Positions 15,388 to 23,780 of a DNA stretch of 23,780 nt are shown here, in pieces. The stretch is from a virus (taxonomy: Duplodnaviria > Heunggongvirae > Uroviricota > Caudoviricetes). The first letter of the stretch is position 1, and every line of letters begins with the position of its first letter. A program made the translations under genes and the position numbers. The stretch spans positions 1-23,780 of IMG/VR virus record IMGVR_UViG_3300015207_000030; one strand, written 5' to 3'. Below the pieces are notes generated by a model. That model was not told the DNA's origin. It did not search any database and saw only the letters and a list, made by a program, of their open reading frames with translations.

Positions 15388-18300
15388 ATGCTGTTCAGGC
15401 TTGGCGCGCAGCTGGGCGAGAACTTCAACGGAACGTTCTCCTCCGCGCAGAGAGTTCTGCAGACAACGCAAAAGGAAATCCAAGCGCTCAACAAAACGCA
15501 GTCGGAGATCGGCGCTTATCAAAAGCAGCAGCAGAGCATTGAAAAGACGAACGAGAAACTCGAACTGTACAAAAAGCAGCTCGACAATGTTCAAAAGGAA
15601 ATGGCGGAGAGCGGCGAGCACAGTTCAGCGCTCGCGAACAGAGAACTGGAACTGAAAAAACGCATAGAGGATACCAAAGCTGCGTTATCCGATAAGAACC
15701 AAAAGCTGTCGCAGATGAGTGAGGAGCTTAGTAAAGCGGGCGTTGATGTCAATAATCTTACCTCGGAGACCCTGAAATGTCAAGGCGAGATCGCCAAATT
15801 GTCAAAGCAGGAAGAAATCGCGGCGGCAGAGGCGGCGCGGTTCGGTGACGAGGGCGCTACGGCGTTTGAGGCTGTCGGCTCCGCGCTTGTTTCGGCGGGC
15901 ATTGCGGCGGCACTCAATAAGATAGCGGACGAATACCGCGCGTGTGTTGAAGCGTCAATGGAATTCGGCTACACAATATCTACCGTTGAAGCACTTTCGG
16001 GTGCTTCGGTAACGGAAATGCAGACGCTCACCGCGACCGCGAAAGAGCTGGGCGCGACGACCGCGTTTACCGCAAATCAGTCCGCACAGGCCATGACATA
16101 CATGGGAATGGCAGGCTGGAACGCGGGGCAAATGGTGTCGGGAATGGACGGCGTTCTGAACCTCGCGGCGGCAAGCGGCGAGGGCTTGGCGAACGTCTCG
16201 GATATCGTTACCGACAATCTTACCGCGTTCGGTCTGAAAGCCTCGGATACCGCACACTTCGCGGACGTTCTCGCGGCGGCGGCTACAAATTCCAATACTT
16301 CTGTCGGAATCATGGGCGAAACGTTCAAGGGTTCGGCGTCTGTCGCGGGAGCGCTCGGCTATAGCATTGAAGATGTCGCGGTTATGACAGGTCTTATGGC
16401 AAACGCGGGTGTTAAGGGCTCAATCGCGAATACCGCACTGAAGAACACATTTAACGGACTGCTGAGCGGTGTTACACTTACGGGTACTGCGCTTGGCGAA
16501 GTTGAATTTACAGCAGTGAACGCGGACGGAACGATGAAGGGTTTAAGCGGCACCGTCGACGAACTGCGTGGGTACTTCGATCAAATGACCGAATCAGAAC
16601 GCGTAAATAACGCTATGGCTCTTGCGGGACAGCGCGGTTATAACGGCTTGCTTGCAATACTCAATGCCACCGATGAGGACTATCAAAGTTTGACCGACAG
16701 CATAAATAACTGTACGGGTTCTGCGCAGAAGATGGCAAATATCAAGCTGGATAATCTGCATGGCGATGTTACGCTGCTTGATTCCGCGACCGATGGTCTG
16801 AGAATGACTATCGGCGGTCTGTATGAGGACGAGCTGAGACAGGCAGCACAGATCGGTACAGAGATCATTACCAAGATCAACGAGTTCTGCGAGCAAAATC
16901 CCGTGGCGGTCAAGGCAATAATGGCAGGTGCTGCCGCGTTAGGCGGCTTGGCATTGGCTTATGGAACGGTAAATACTGTTAAAAAAGTGAAAAACGCGCT
17001 TGATACGCTTGGTATAACTCTGACAGCGGCACATACCGCAGGAACAACAAAAATGACTTTTGCTGAGAGTGCTCACGCTTTTGCAACAACAGTTGCCGCA
17101 AAAGCACAAGCGGGTTGGAACGCTGTGATGGCGGCCGCACCGTTAATGATATTTGTTGGAGCTGTTGTTGCTGCAACGGCTGGAATTGCAGCTTTAAGAG
17201 AAGCGTTCAAAGTTGAGACTATTGAAATGCAAACGCTCAACACTGCGACACAAGAACAGCGCGATAAGGTATCGCAGCTTTCCGAGGAATATGAAAAAGC
17301 TTGTGAGATTTACGGTGAAACGGACACCAGAACACGCGCGCTGAAATACGACCTCGACGAGGCTACGGCAGCTATTGACGATCAATCTTTTTCGGTAAAG
17401 GATCTGTACGCCGAAATAGATACGTTACACAGCTCGACGAGCGGCTTGCTTGAGGACTGCCGCAGCAGTACGGCAAGCATTGACGAGCAGTATGACAGTG
17501 CCATGATACTTTCGGCTAAGCTGCGCGAGTTAGCGTCGAGCTCGGACAGATCGGCAGAATCACAGGCAAAAATGGAGCCGATCGTGCGGCGGCTTAATGA
17601 AATGTATCCCGGGTTGGGGCTGAGTGTTGAAAATGCAGCCGACAAAATGGGCTTGCTGAACGGGCAGATCGAACAGGCAGCAAAGTCGCAGAGCTTACTA
17701 GCAAAATATAAGAGCGCCGATGATAATCTTCCGGAACTGTACGCAAAACAACTGCAGCTTCAGGAGGCTGTCGAAAAAGCGGAGATCGCACAAGTCAGAG
17801 CGGGAAAAGAATTCACCGACGCGGCGGGAGACAATTTCTTTACCGTCGCCGCCGGTATGATAACCGGCAGGGCGCAGGATACCGAAAAAGCCTATGATGA
17901 GGCGAGTGAAAAGGTGCGTACCGCACGGGGAGATCTGGCAGCCGTAGAGGCGCAGATACGCGAGTGTGAGGCAGCAATGGAAGAATACGGCGGCGTTGTT
18001 TCGGGAACTTCGGAGGAGACCGTTTCGGCGTTCGATGCGGTATCTATCGCCGTGAACGAAGTCACCGCTGAAACCGAGGAACTGCTGAAAGCCTACAACG
18101 ACGCGTATCAAGCGGCATACGACAGTGTTTCGGGGCAGTACGCGCTTTGGGACAAGGCTGCGGAGGTCTCGGCGGTGAGCGTCGGCACGATCAACGAAAA
18201 CCTCGAACAGCAAGCGGCTTATTGGGATAGCTACAACACCAATCTGAACTTGCTGCTCGGCAGAGCGGGCGATATAGACGGATTAAAAGACGTTCTCGCG

Positions 18301-19014
18301 GCGTTCGCGGATGGCAGCACGGACAGCGTGAACGCCGTCGCGGGTATGGCGTCCGCGTCCGACGAGGATCTGAAGCGTATGATTGAGAACTGGCAGATGG
18401 TTCAAGCGGAGCAAAACAAGACCGCCGAGGCGCTTGCCGATACAAAGGTCGACTTCAAGGAGCGGATGGACGGTATCGCGGACGATATGAACAACGTTAT
18501 CAAGGATATGAACTTAAGCGCCGAGGCAAAAACGGCGGCGGAGGAAACCATTAAGGCATACGCCGAGGCTATCGCGGCGGGCAAGGGCTCGGTCGCTGAA
18601 GCGGCGGATATCGTCGCGGCGGCGGTCGGGAACGCTCTCGGGATATCTCTCGCCGCAGATAACGCTGTGACCCCGGGCGGCGAATACGTCAGGGGATTTC
18701 ACAAGATAGACGCGTATGCCGACGGCACGGACTACGCAAAAAGCGGATACGCGATAGTCGGCGAGGAGGGTCCCGAGCTTGTTAAATTCGGCGGCGGTGA
18801 AAAGGTATTCCCAAACGATAAAACAATGGCTATTTTAGGCAATTCCGCGTCAAACACAGGCGGACAGACGGTAATAAATATCTCGCCGCAATTCACGATA
18901 AACGGCAGCGCCGACGCGAGTATGGTCGAGGAGGCTTCCGAGCGGCTGATTGAGCTTGTCATGGACGGACTGCGCGAGGCGGGTATCGACGCACGGAGAG
19001 GGGCGTATGTATGA
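15388..19014 (+). CDS. Tail tape measure protein
   Basis: 1208 aa; N-terminal coiled coil; central Gly/Ala-rich block (MTYMGMAGWNAGQMVSGMDGVLNLAAASGEGLANVSDIVTDNLTAFGL) typical of the tape-measure core; two hydrophobic segments; RBS AAGGAG. Confidence 0.85.
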   Translation: MLFRLGAQLGENFNGTFSSAQRVLQTTQKEIQALNKTQSEIGAYQKQQQSIEKTNEKLELYKKQLDNVQKEMAESGEHSSALANRELELKKRIEDTKAALSDKNQKLSQMSEELSKAGVDVNNLTSETLKCQGEIAKLSKQEEIAAAEAARFGDEGATAFEAVGSALVSAGIAAALNKIADEYRACVEASMEFGYTISTVEALSGASVTEMQTLTATAKELGATTAFTANQSAQAMTYMGMAGWNAGQMVSGMDGVLNLAAASGEGLANVSDIVTDNLTAFGLKASDTAHFADVLAAAATNSNTSVGIMGETFKGSASVAGALGYSIEDVAVMTGLMANAGVKGSIANTALKNTFNGLLSGVTLTGTALGEVEFTAVNADGTMKGLSGTVDELRGYFDQMTESERVNNAMALAGQRGYNGLLAILNATDEDYQSLTDSINNCTGSAQKMANIKLDNLHGDVTLLDSATDGLRMTIGGLYEDELRQAAQIGTEIITKINEFCEQNPVAVKAIMAGAAALGGLALAYGTVNTVKKVKNALDTLGITLTAAHTAGTTKMTFAESAHAFATTVAAKAQAGWNAVMAAAPLMIFVGAVVAATAGIAALREAFKVETIEMQTLNTATQEQRDKVSQLSEEYEKACEIYGETDTRTRALKYDLDEATAAIDDQSFSVKDLYAEIDTLHSSTSGLLEDCRSSTASIDEQYDSAMILSAKLRELASSSDRSAESQAKMEPIVRRLNEMYPGLGLSVENAADKMGLLNGQIEQAAKSQSLLAKYKSADDNLPELYAKQLQLQEAVEKAEIAQVRAGKEFTDAAGDNFFTVAAGMITGRAQDTEKAYDEASEKVRTARGDLAAVEAQIRECEAAMEEYGGVVSGTSEETVSAFDAVSIAVNEVTAETEELLKAYNDAYQAAYDSVSGQYALWDKAAEVSAVSVGTINENLEQQAAYWDSYNTNLNLLLGRAGDIDGLKDVLAAFADGSTDSVNAVAGMASASDEDLKRMIENWQMVQAEQNKTAEALADTKVDFKERMDGIADDMNNVIKDMNLSAEAKTAAEETIKAYAEAIAAGKGSVAEAADIVAAAVGNALGISLAADNAVTPGGEYVRGFHKIDAYADGTDYAKSGYAIVGEEGPELVKFGGGEKVFPNDKTMAILGNSASNTGGQTVINISPQFTINGSADASMVEEASERLIELVMDGLREAGIDARRGAYV

Positions 19015-19220
19015 CTTACACAACGGTTCAAGGGGATATGTGGGACAGCATTGCCTATAAATTGTACGGCGATACAAAGTTTAAGGACGTGCTTATTGAG
19101 GCGAATACCGAGTACAGGCGGATATACATTTTTTCGGCGGGGATCGTTCTGGAAGTGCCGGAGGTTGAAACGCGCGTCACGCCCGACGATCTTCCACCGT
19201 GGAAGAGGGTGAGCGGATGA
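19011..19220 (+). CDS. LysM-like tail protein (XkdP / P2 gpX-like)
   Basis: 69 aa; TVQGDMWDSIAYKLYGD...EAN pattern of LysM; position after the tape measure gene. Confidence 0.6.
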   Translation: MTYTTVQGDMWDSIAYKLYGDTKFKDVLIEANTEYRRIYIFSAGIVLEVPEVETRVTPDDLPPWKRVSG

Positions 19221-21022
19221 GCGACGCAAACAAAGCGCGCAGCGCCTCGGCGCAGGTTGTTTTCAACGGCGTTGATATAAGCGTGTATGTGAACAGCGAC
19301 CTTATATCGCTCACATACACTGACAATGAGGAGGACGAAGCGGACGATCTTCAGATAAAGGTGCTTGACCGCGATAGGAACTGGCTGCAAAAATGGCTGG
19401 ATACGCTTGTTTCCGATGCCGCGATCGGCAGCAGCTCCGAAAATACTGCGGGCTCTGTCGGCGCGGACGGTTATTCAGGTTCGGGCGGCGGTTCGGGCAG
19501 CTCCGGGGGAACGTCCTATAAAGTAACGGCGACAAGCGGCGTAAACGTCCGCACCAATACCACGTCCAAAGGCAAGATACTCGGCAAGCTGCCCTACGGC
19601 ACTGTTGTTTCGGTAAATAAATTTTCAGATGGCTGGGCGCAGATAAGGTACACGGGCAAAACGGCGTGGATAAAAGGAGAAAATCTTAAGCTCGTCGGCG
19701 GTTCGGGAAATTTCGCAAAGAAATCGGCAAAGGTCGAAAAGGGCGGTTTTTCGGGCGACAGAAACAGCGACTGGGCGATAGGCGACGAGGTAATCGCGAC
19801 GGGTACGCCGCAATATTCGTCCTACGGTCTGGGCGAGCCGGGCGCTCCCGTGAGCGGTCACAAGGGCAAGGTGTCGCATCTGAACCTCGGCGAGGGTATT
19901 CCGTACCCCGTTCACGTCGATTATCTGGGCTGGTTCGCGGAAAATCAGGTGCAGCGTGTAAACGGCGAGGACAAGCAGCCGGCGGAACGATCGGCGTGCA
20001 AGGGCTTAAAAATATCGGCGGCTATCGTCCGTAAGAATTGGAACGCGGACGGAAACGACGAAGTCCTCGACTGCGGACAGTTCGAGCTGGATAACATTAC
20101 GGTTGACGGTCCGCCGAATACCGTAACGATAAAGGCGACCTCGCTGTCGTATTCCAACTCCGTAAGACAGACCGAGAAAAGCAAGGCGTGGGAGAATGTC
20201 ACGCTTTCTCAGATCATCGAGTTTATAACGAAAAAAAGCGGCATGGGATATATGTACATCAGCGCGAAAGACCCCGTGTATTCGCACGTTGAGCAGTACC
20301 GGCAGAGCGATATCGCGTTTTTAAGCAAGCTCTGTCATAACGTAGGGTGTTCTCTCAAGGTCACGAGCAATATCATCGTTGTTTTCGACCAAGCGGAATT
20401 CGACCAAAACCCTGAGATCAGAACGATAAAATTCGGCAGAGATTACACGAAATACCGTTTGACAACCAACGAGAACGACAGCTACACAAGCTGCCGCGTT
20501 TACTGCACCGCTCCCGACGGCGGGGTCGTTTCCGCGACCGTTTTTTCTGATGATTACAAAGAGGACGGTAACAACGACCGTCGACTGGAGATACAGCAGA
20601 ACGTCGGCAGCATTGCCGAGGCGGAGGAGCTCGCCTATAAAATGCTCCGTCTGCATAATAAATACGAGTTTGAGGCGTCGTTTACTTTCCCCGGAGACCC
20701 CGAGCTTACGGCGGGGAGCGTTGTCGCGCTTGAGGATTTCGGCGCTTGGAACGGCAGATATGTCATTAAACAGGCGAAGCATACGCTTTCGCATTCGGGG
20801 CACACAACGCAGATAAGTCTGCGGAGAGCATTGCCGCCCGCGCCGTCGGAGGTTCACGGGGAAACGGACGGCAAGCCCGCCTATGACGTTGACGAGCTCG
20901 CGCTGCAGGTCATTCGCGGAGATTGGGATAACGGAGACGCTCGTTACGACAAGCTGACGGCGGCGGGTTATGACTACGATGCCGTACAGCGCCGCGTCAA
21001 CGAGCTGTTGGGAATATATTAA
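19217..21022 (+). CDS. Baseplate hub / late-control-D-like tail protein carrying an SH3b domain and a C-terminal CW_7-like cell-wall-binding motif
   Basis: ATG 19217 overlaps the LysM stop; Gly/Ser linker then YKVTATSGVNVRTNTTSKGKILGKLPYGTVVSVNKFSDGWAQIRYTGKTAWIK (SH3b-like, about 19517..19697); C-terminal ELALQVIRGDWDNGDARYDKLTAAGYDYDAVQRRVNELLG matches the Cpl-7-type CW_7 repeat as I recall it. Confidence 0.65.
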   Translation: MSDANKARSASAQVVFNGVDISVYVNSDLISLTYTDNEEDEADDLQIKVLDRDRNWLQKWLDTLVSDAAIGSSSENTAGSVGADGYSGSGGGSGSSGGTSYKVTATSGVNVRTNTTSKGKILGKLPYGTVVSVNKFSDGWAQIRYTGKTAWIKGENLKLVGGSGNFAKKSAKVEKGGFSGDRNSDWAIGDEVIATGTPQYSSYGLGEPGAPVSGHKGKVSHLNLGEGIPYPVHVDYLGWFAENQVQRVNGEDKQPAERSACKGLKISAAIVRKNWNADGNDEVLDCGQFELDNITVDGPPNTVTIKATSLSYSNSVRQTEKSKAWENVTLSQIIEFITKKSGMGYMYISAKDPVYSHVEQYRQSDIAFLSKLCHNVGCSLKVTSNIIVVFDQAEFDQNPEIRTIKFGRDYTKYRLTTNENDSYTSCRVYCTAPDGGVVSATVFSDDYKEDGNNDRRLEIQQNVGSIAEAEELAYKMLRLHNKYEFEASFTFPGDPELTAGSVVALEDFGAWNGRYVIKQAKHTLSHSGHTTQISLRRALPPAPSEVHGETDGKPAYDVDELALQVIRGDWDNGDARYDKLTAAGYDYDAVQRRVNELLGIY

Positions 21023-21032
21023 GGAGAACATT

Positions 21033-21224
21033 ATGTCCGATTTGAGAATTGGAAAGGTTACAAAGGTCAACGGCGGCAGGGTCAAAGTGCATTTCGAGGA
21101 CGTGAATATCGAGTCCGATTGGCTCGCTTGTGTGAACGGCGTTCAGAGCGTCGGCACGGTGGTGTTGTGTGCGTTCGCTTCGGGGTTCAACGGCGAGGGC
21201 TATGTATTGGGGGCGTTGGTATGA
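21033..21224 (+). CDS. Small baseplate protein (XkdR-like, tentative)
   Basis: 63 aa from ATG 21033 behind RBS AAGGAG; the listed longer ORF from 20970 overlaps the hub gene. Confidence 0.45.
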   Translation: MSDLRIGKVTKVNGGRVKVHFEDVNIESDWLACVNGVQSVGTVVLCAFASGFNGEGYVLGALV

Positions 21225-21616
21225 CTGTCGGAAGTCTTGGCGGCATTGTTTTCACGGTCTCCCCGAACAGGATCGAGACCGTGGACGGCTTTAAGCAAAG
21301 CGGCTCGGCGAACTATGGAAAGCATCAGCGGCACGGCGGAGATACGCTTCTGGAGTTTGTCGGACGTGACGCGGATACTATCTCGTTCAATATGTTATTG
21401 GCGGCGCAGCTCGGCGTTGATGTTGAGGCGGAGATCGCCAAGATCGTGAGCGCGGAGCAGTCGGGCGAGGCGTTAAGGTTCGTTATAGGCAAGAAAATTC
21501 TCGGGCGGTATCGGTGGGTGATAACAAAGCACACCGTGACCTACAAGCAGCTTGACAGAGAGCAAAGGCTGATATTGGCGGAGGTCTCCGTGCAGCTTAC
21601 CGAGTATCTGAAGTAG
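21221..21616 (+). CDS. Hypothetical baseplate protein
   Basis: 131 aa from ATG 21221 (ATGA overlap with the previous stop); synteny only. Confidence 0.45.
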   Translation: MTVGSLGGIVFTVSPNRIETVDGFKQSGSANYGKHQRHGGDTLLEFVGRDADTISFNMLLAAQLGVDVEAEIAKIVSAEQSGEALRFVIGKKILGRYRWVITKHTVTYKQLDREQRLILAEVSVQLTEYLK

Positions 21617-21623
21617 GTGAATT

Positions 21624-21947
21624 ATGGACGTTACGATAAATTCAAGAGAAGAATACGGCGGTACTTTTCTGGAAAACGATACCGTCAAGTCCGTTGTACA
21701 GAATATCGCCCTGCTGCTGAACACCAGAAAGGGCACTGTGCCGATGTACCGCGAATTCGGCTTACCTATGGAGTTTATCGACAAGCCGACAGATATTGCG
21801 GAAACAATGGCGGTGCTGGAGATATCCGAGGCTGTCGAGGAATTTGAACCGCGCGCCAAGCTCAAAGACCTGACGATCACAAAGACCGAAGAGGGCGCAA
21901 TGGCTGTAATAGTTGAGGTGACGATCAATGAGGGGAACGGATCATAA
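21624..21947 (+). CDS. Baseplate wedge protein, GPW/gp25-like
   Basis: 107 aa; VVQNIALLLNTRKGTVPMYREFG and EFEPRAKL fit the gp25/GPW signature as I recall it. Confidence 0.65.
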   Translation: MDVTINSREEYGGTFLENDTVKSVVQNIALLLNTRKGTVPMYREFGLPMEFIDKPTDIAETMAVLEISEAVEEFEPRAKLKDLTITKTEEGAMAVIVEVTINEGNGS

Positions 21948-23073
21948 ATTTGTACAGACCGACAGCGCGGCAGTACTTTCCACGCTGATAGCGAAATACG
22001 AGGAGCTGACGGGGCGGACGCTCCTCCCGGCAGACCCCGACCGCGTTTTTATTTCGTGGGTCGCGGACGTGATAATTCAGGAGCGCTCGCTGCTGAATTT
22101 CGCGGCAAATCAGAATATCCCGTCGCGCGCAGTAGGCTCACATCTGGACGCGCTCGGCGAGTTTATTTACAATTTAAAGCGCCCGACCGCAAAGCCGTCG
22201 GAGTGTACGATAAAATTCACGATCACCGAGCCGCGTGATACGGCGGTGAGTATTCCGATAGGTACGCGTGTGACGGATACCGCGCAGAAAATGACGTGGA
22301 AAACGGACGAGGACGCGGTCGTTCCGATCGGCGAGACCGAAACACTCGTTCACGCAGTCTGCGTTACCGAGGGGATTGTCGGGAACGGGTATGTCGCGGG
22401 GCAGATCTGCAAACTCGTCGACGCTGACAACGTTGAATTCTTCAGCTCATGCGCGAACGTTGACATTTCGAGCGGCGGCTCGGATAAGGCGGACGACAGC
22501 GGGTACTACGAGCTTATGCGGCAGAGCCTTGAGGCGTACAGCACGGCAGGACCGAGGGGCGCGTATGAGTATCACGCAAAGGCGGTATCCTCGGAGATCG
22601 CGGACGTTTGCGCAATAGACCCTCTTGATATGCCGGGCACGGTGCATATTTACGCCGTTATGAACGACGGCTCGATCGCGGATAGCGGCACGAAGAACGC
22701 CATACTCGAGGCGTGCAATGATGAAAGGATACGTCCGCTTACCGACTTTGTCGAGGTGCTCGATCCCGAAACCGTGGATTTCGATGTTGACCTTACATAT
22801 TACGTCGACAGAAGCAGCGCGAAAACAATGAGCGATATTGCCGCGGATGTCCGCAATGCCGTGGACGAATACATAAAATGGCAGACGGCAAGGATAGGAC
22901 GCGACATAAATCCGTCCAAGCTGAGCTGGCTGCTTAGCGGAACGGGCGTTAAGCGCGTGGATATCAGACTGCCCGTTTTTACGCCGCTGCGCGACGGCTC
23001 GGAGCGTATAACGCCGCAGTTCGCGCGGCATTTCTCAACAAAAATAACAAACGGGGGCTTTGAGAATGAGTAA
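21928..23073 (+). CDS. Baseplate J-like protein
   Basis: 381 aa directly after the gp25-like gene, as in P2/PBSX baseplate clusters; size and synteny. Confidence 0.65.
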   Translation: MRGTDHKFVQTDSAAVLSTLIAKYEELTGRTLLPADPDRVFISWVADVIIQERSLLNFAANQNIPSRAVGSHLDALGEFIYNLKRPTAKPSECTIKFTITEPRDTAVSIPIGTRVTDTAQKMTWKTDEDAVVPIGETETLVHAVCVTEGIVGNGYVAGQICKLVDADNVEFFSSCANVDISSGGSDKADDSGYYELMRQSLEAYSTAGPRGAYEYHAKAVSSEIADVCAIDPLDMPGTVHIYAVMNDGSIADSGTKNAILEACNDERIRPLTDFVEVLDPETVDFDVDLTYYVDRSSAKTMSDIAADVRNAVDEYIKWQTARIGRDINPSKLSWLLSGTGVKRVDIRLPVFTPLRDGSERITPQFARHFSTKITNGGFENE

Positions 23074-23779
23074 GTTTATCGACAGCGGAGACGATCTGCT
23101 GCAGGGCTTTCCGAGCGCGCTTTCACGCGACGGGGACAAGCGCAGACTTGCCGAGAGCATTGCGGACGAGCTTGCGCTGACCGCCTCCGACACCGACAAG
23201 GCTTTGATATTCCCGCGTATCGACGAGCTGCCGGAAGCGGTTCTCGATATGCTGGCGTATGACCTTAAGGTCGATTGGTACGAATATTCAGCGCCGATAC
23301 AAAATAAACGGAACGCTATCAAGGAATGCATTCCGGTGCATAGGCACAAGGGCACGAAGTACGCGGTCGAAACGGCGGTGCACAGCCTTTACGACAAAGC
23401 CGAGGTTTGCGAGTGGTTCGAGTACGGCGGCGAGCCGTTTCACTTTAAAATTAAGGTTTTCGGCTCGTCGAGCGGTAATATCAAGCTGGTCTATCAGAAG
23501 ATACAATACGCGAAAAATCTGCGCTCCGTGCTTGACAGCGTTGCGTTCGTGCATATTCCCGAGCGTGATCTGACGGCGTTTTTCGGCGCGGCGAATTCCT
23601 CGTTTTACAAGAGAACGGGCGTTTCGGTGCGATCTGACGACGATACGATATTCTCCGTGCCGACTTTGTCATGCGCGATTGGGATCAAGGTCTCCGCGAG
23701 AGTAAAGCGCATTTCTCTGCGGCTCGAATACGCCAAGCCGTCGCCGCCGAAAAAAATCACCGTAAAGGCGAACGTCGGA
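23066..23779 (+). CDS. Phage tail protein I-like (P2 gpI family), 3' end beyond the window
   Basis: ATG 23066 overlapping the J-like stop; my hand translation is open to the window end (not in the supplied track because no stop is reached); LDMLAYDLKVDWYEY...HRHKGTKYAVETAV resembles the gpI family core. Confidence 0.55.
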   Translation, partial: MSKFIDSGDDLLQGFPSALSRDGDKRRLAESIADELALTASDTDKALIFPRIDELPEAVLDMLAYDLKVDWYEYSAPIQNKRNAIKECIPVHRHKGTKYAVETAVHSLYDKAEVCEWFEYGGEPFHFKIKVFGSSSGNIKLVYQKIQYAKNLRSVLDSVAFVHIPERDLTAFFGAANSSFYKRTGVSVRSDDDTIFSVPTLSCAIGIKVSARVKRISLRLEYAKPSPPKKITVKANVG

Positions 23780-23780
23780 G

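Noticed and set aside
15401-15655. 84 aa Arg/Lys/Ser-rich ORF in an alternative + frame at the tape measure start
   Set aside because: Overlaps the tape measure N-terminus in another frame; highly basic low-complexity product typical of frame artefacts.
20970-21032. N-terminal extension of the small baseplate ORF (listed start 20970)
   Set aside because: Would overlap the hub gene by 53 nt; ATG 21033 has a proper AAGGAG RBS.
1-23780. Looked for tRNA, rRNA, integrase/attachment sites and CRISPR arrays
   Set aside because: No conserved tRNA T-arm or rRNA-like sequence recognised by eye, no integrase or recombinase ORF, and no spacer-repeat array; these would need tRNAscan, Infernal or BLAST to exclude formally.

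Overview
This window reads as the late (packaging, head and tail) region of a temperate tailed dsDNA phage or prophage, probably in a Firmicutes-type host (strong AGGAGG-like ribosome-binding sites, moderately high GC by eye). All calls come from reading the sequence and recalling family motifs; no searches were run. Almost all genes are on the + strand. Order: 3' end of an amidoligase-family gene, an AIG2/GGCT-like cyclotransferase and a small zinc-ribbon gene; an accessory island bounded by two copies of a ~120 bp promoter-like repeat, holding a minus-strand Phd/VapC toxin-antitoxin pair; a lambda-type packaging and head module (Nu1-like small terminase, VRR-NUC nuclease, GpA-type large terminase, W-like, portal, ClpP-like protease/scaffold, D-like decoration, E-like capsid); connector proteins; then a contractile-tail and baseplate module (sheath, tube, frameshifted chaperone, 1208 aa tape measure, LysM, hub, gp25-like, J-like, I-like) cut off at the window end. 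A minus-strand HicB-like gene with no HicA partner sits between the W-like and portal genes. No rRNA, tRNA or CRISPR array was seen. The best candidates for an undescribed system are the duplicated promoter/terminator modules, the orphan HicB, the VRR-NUC gene inside the packaging operon and the amidoligase-GGCT-zinc-ribbon cassette; none can be confirmed from sequence alone.
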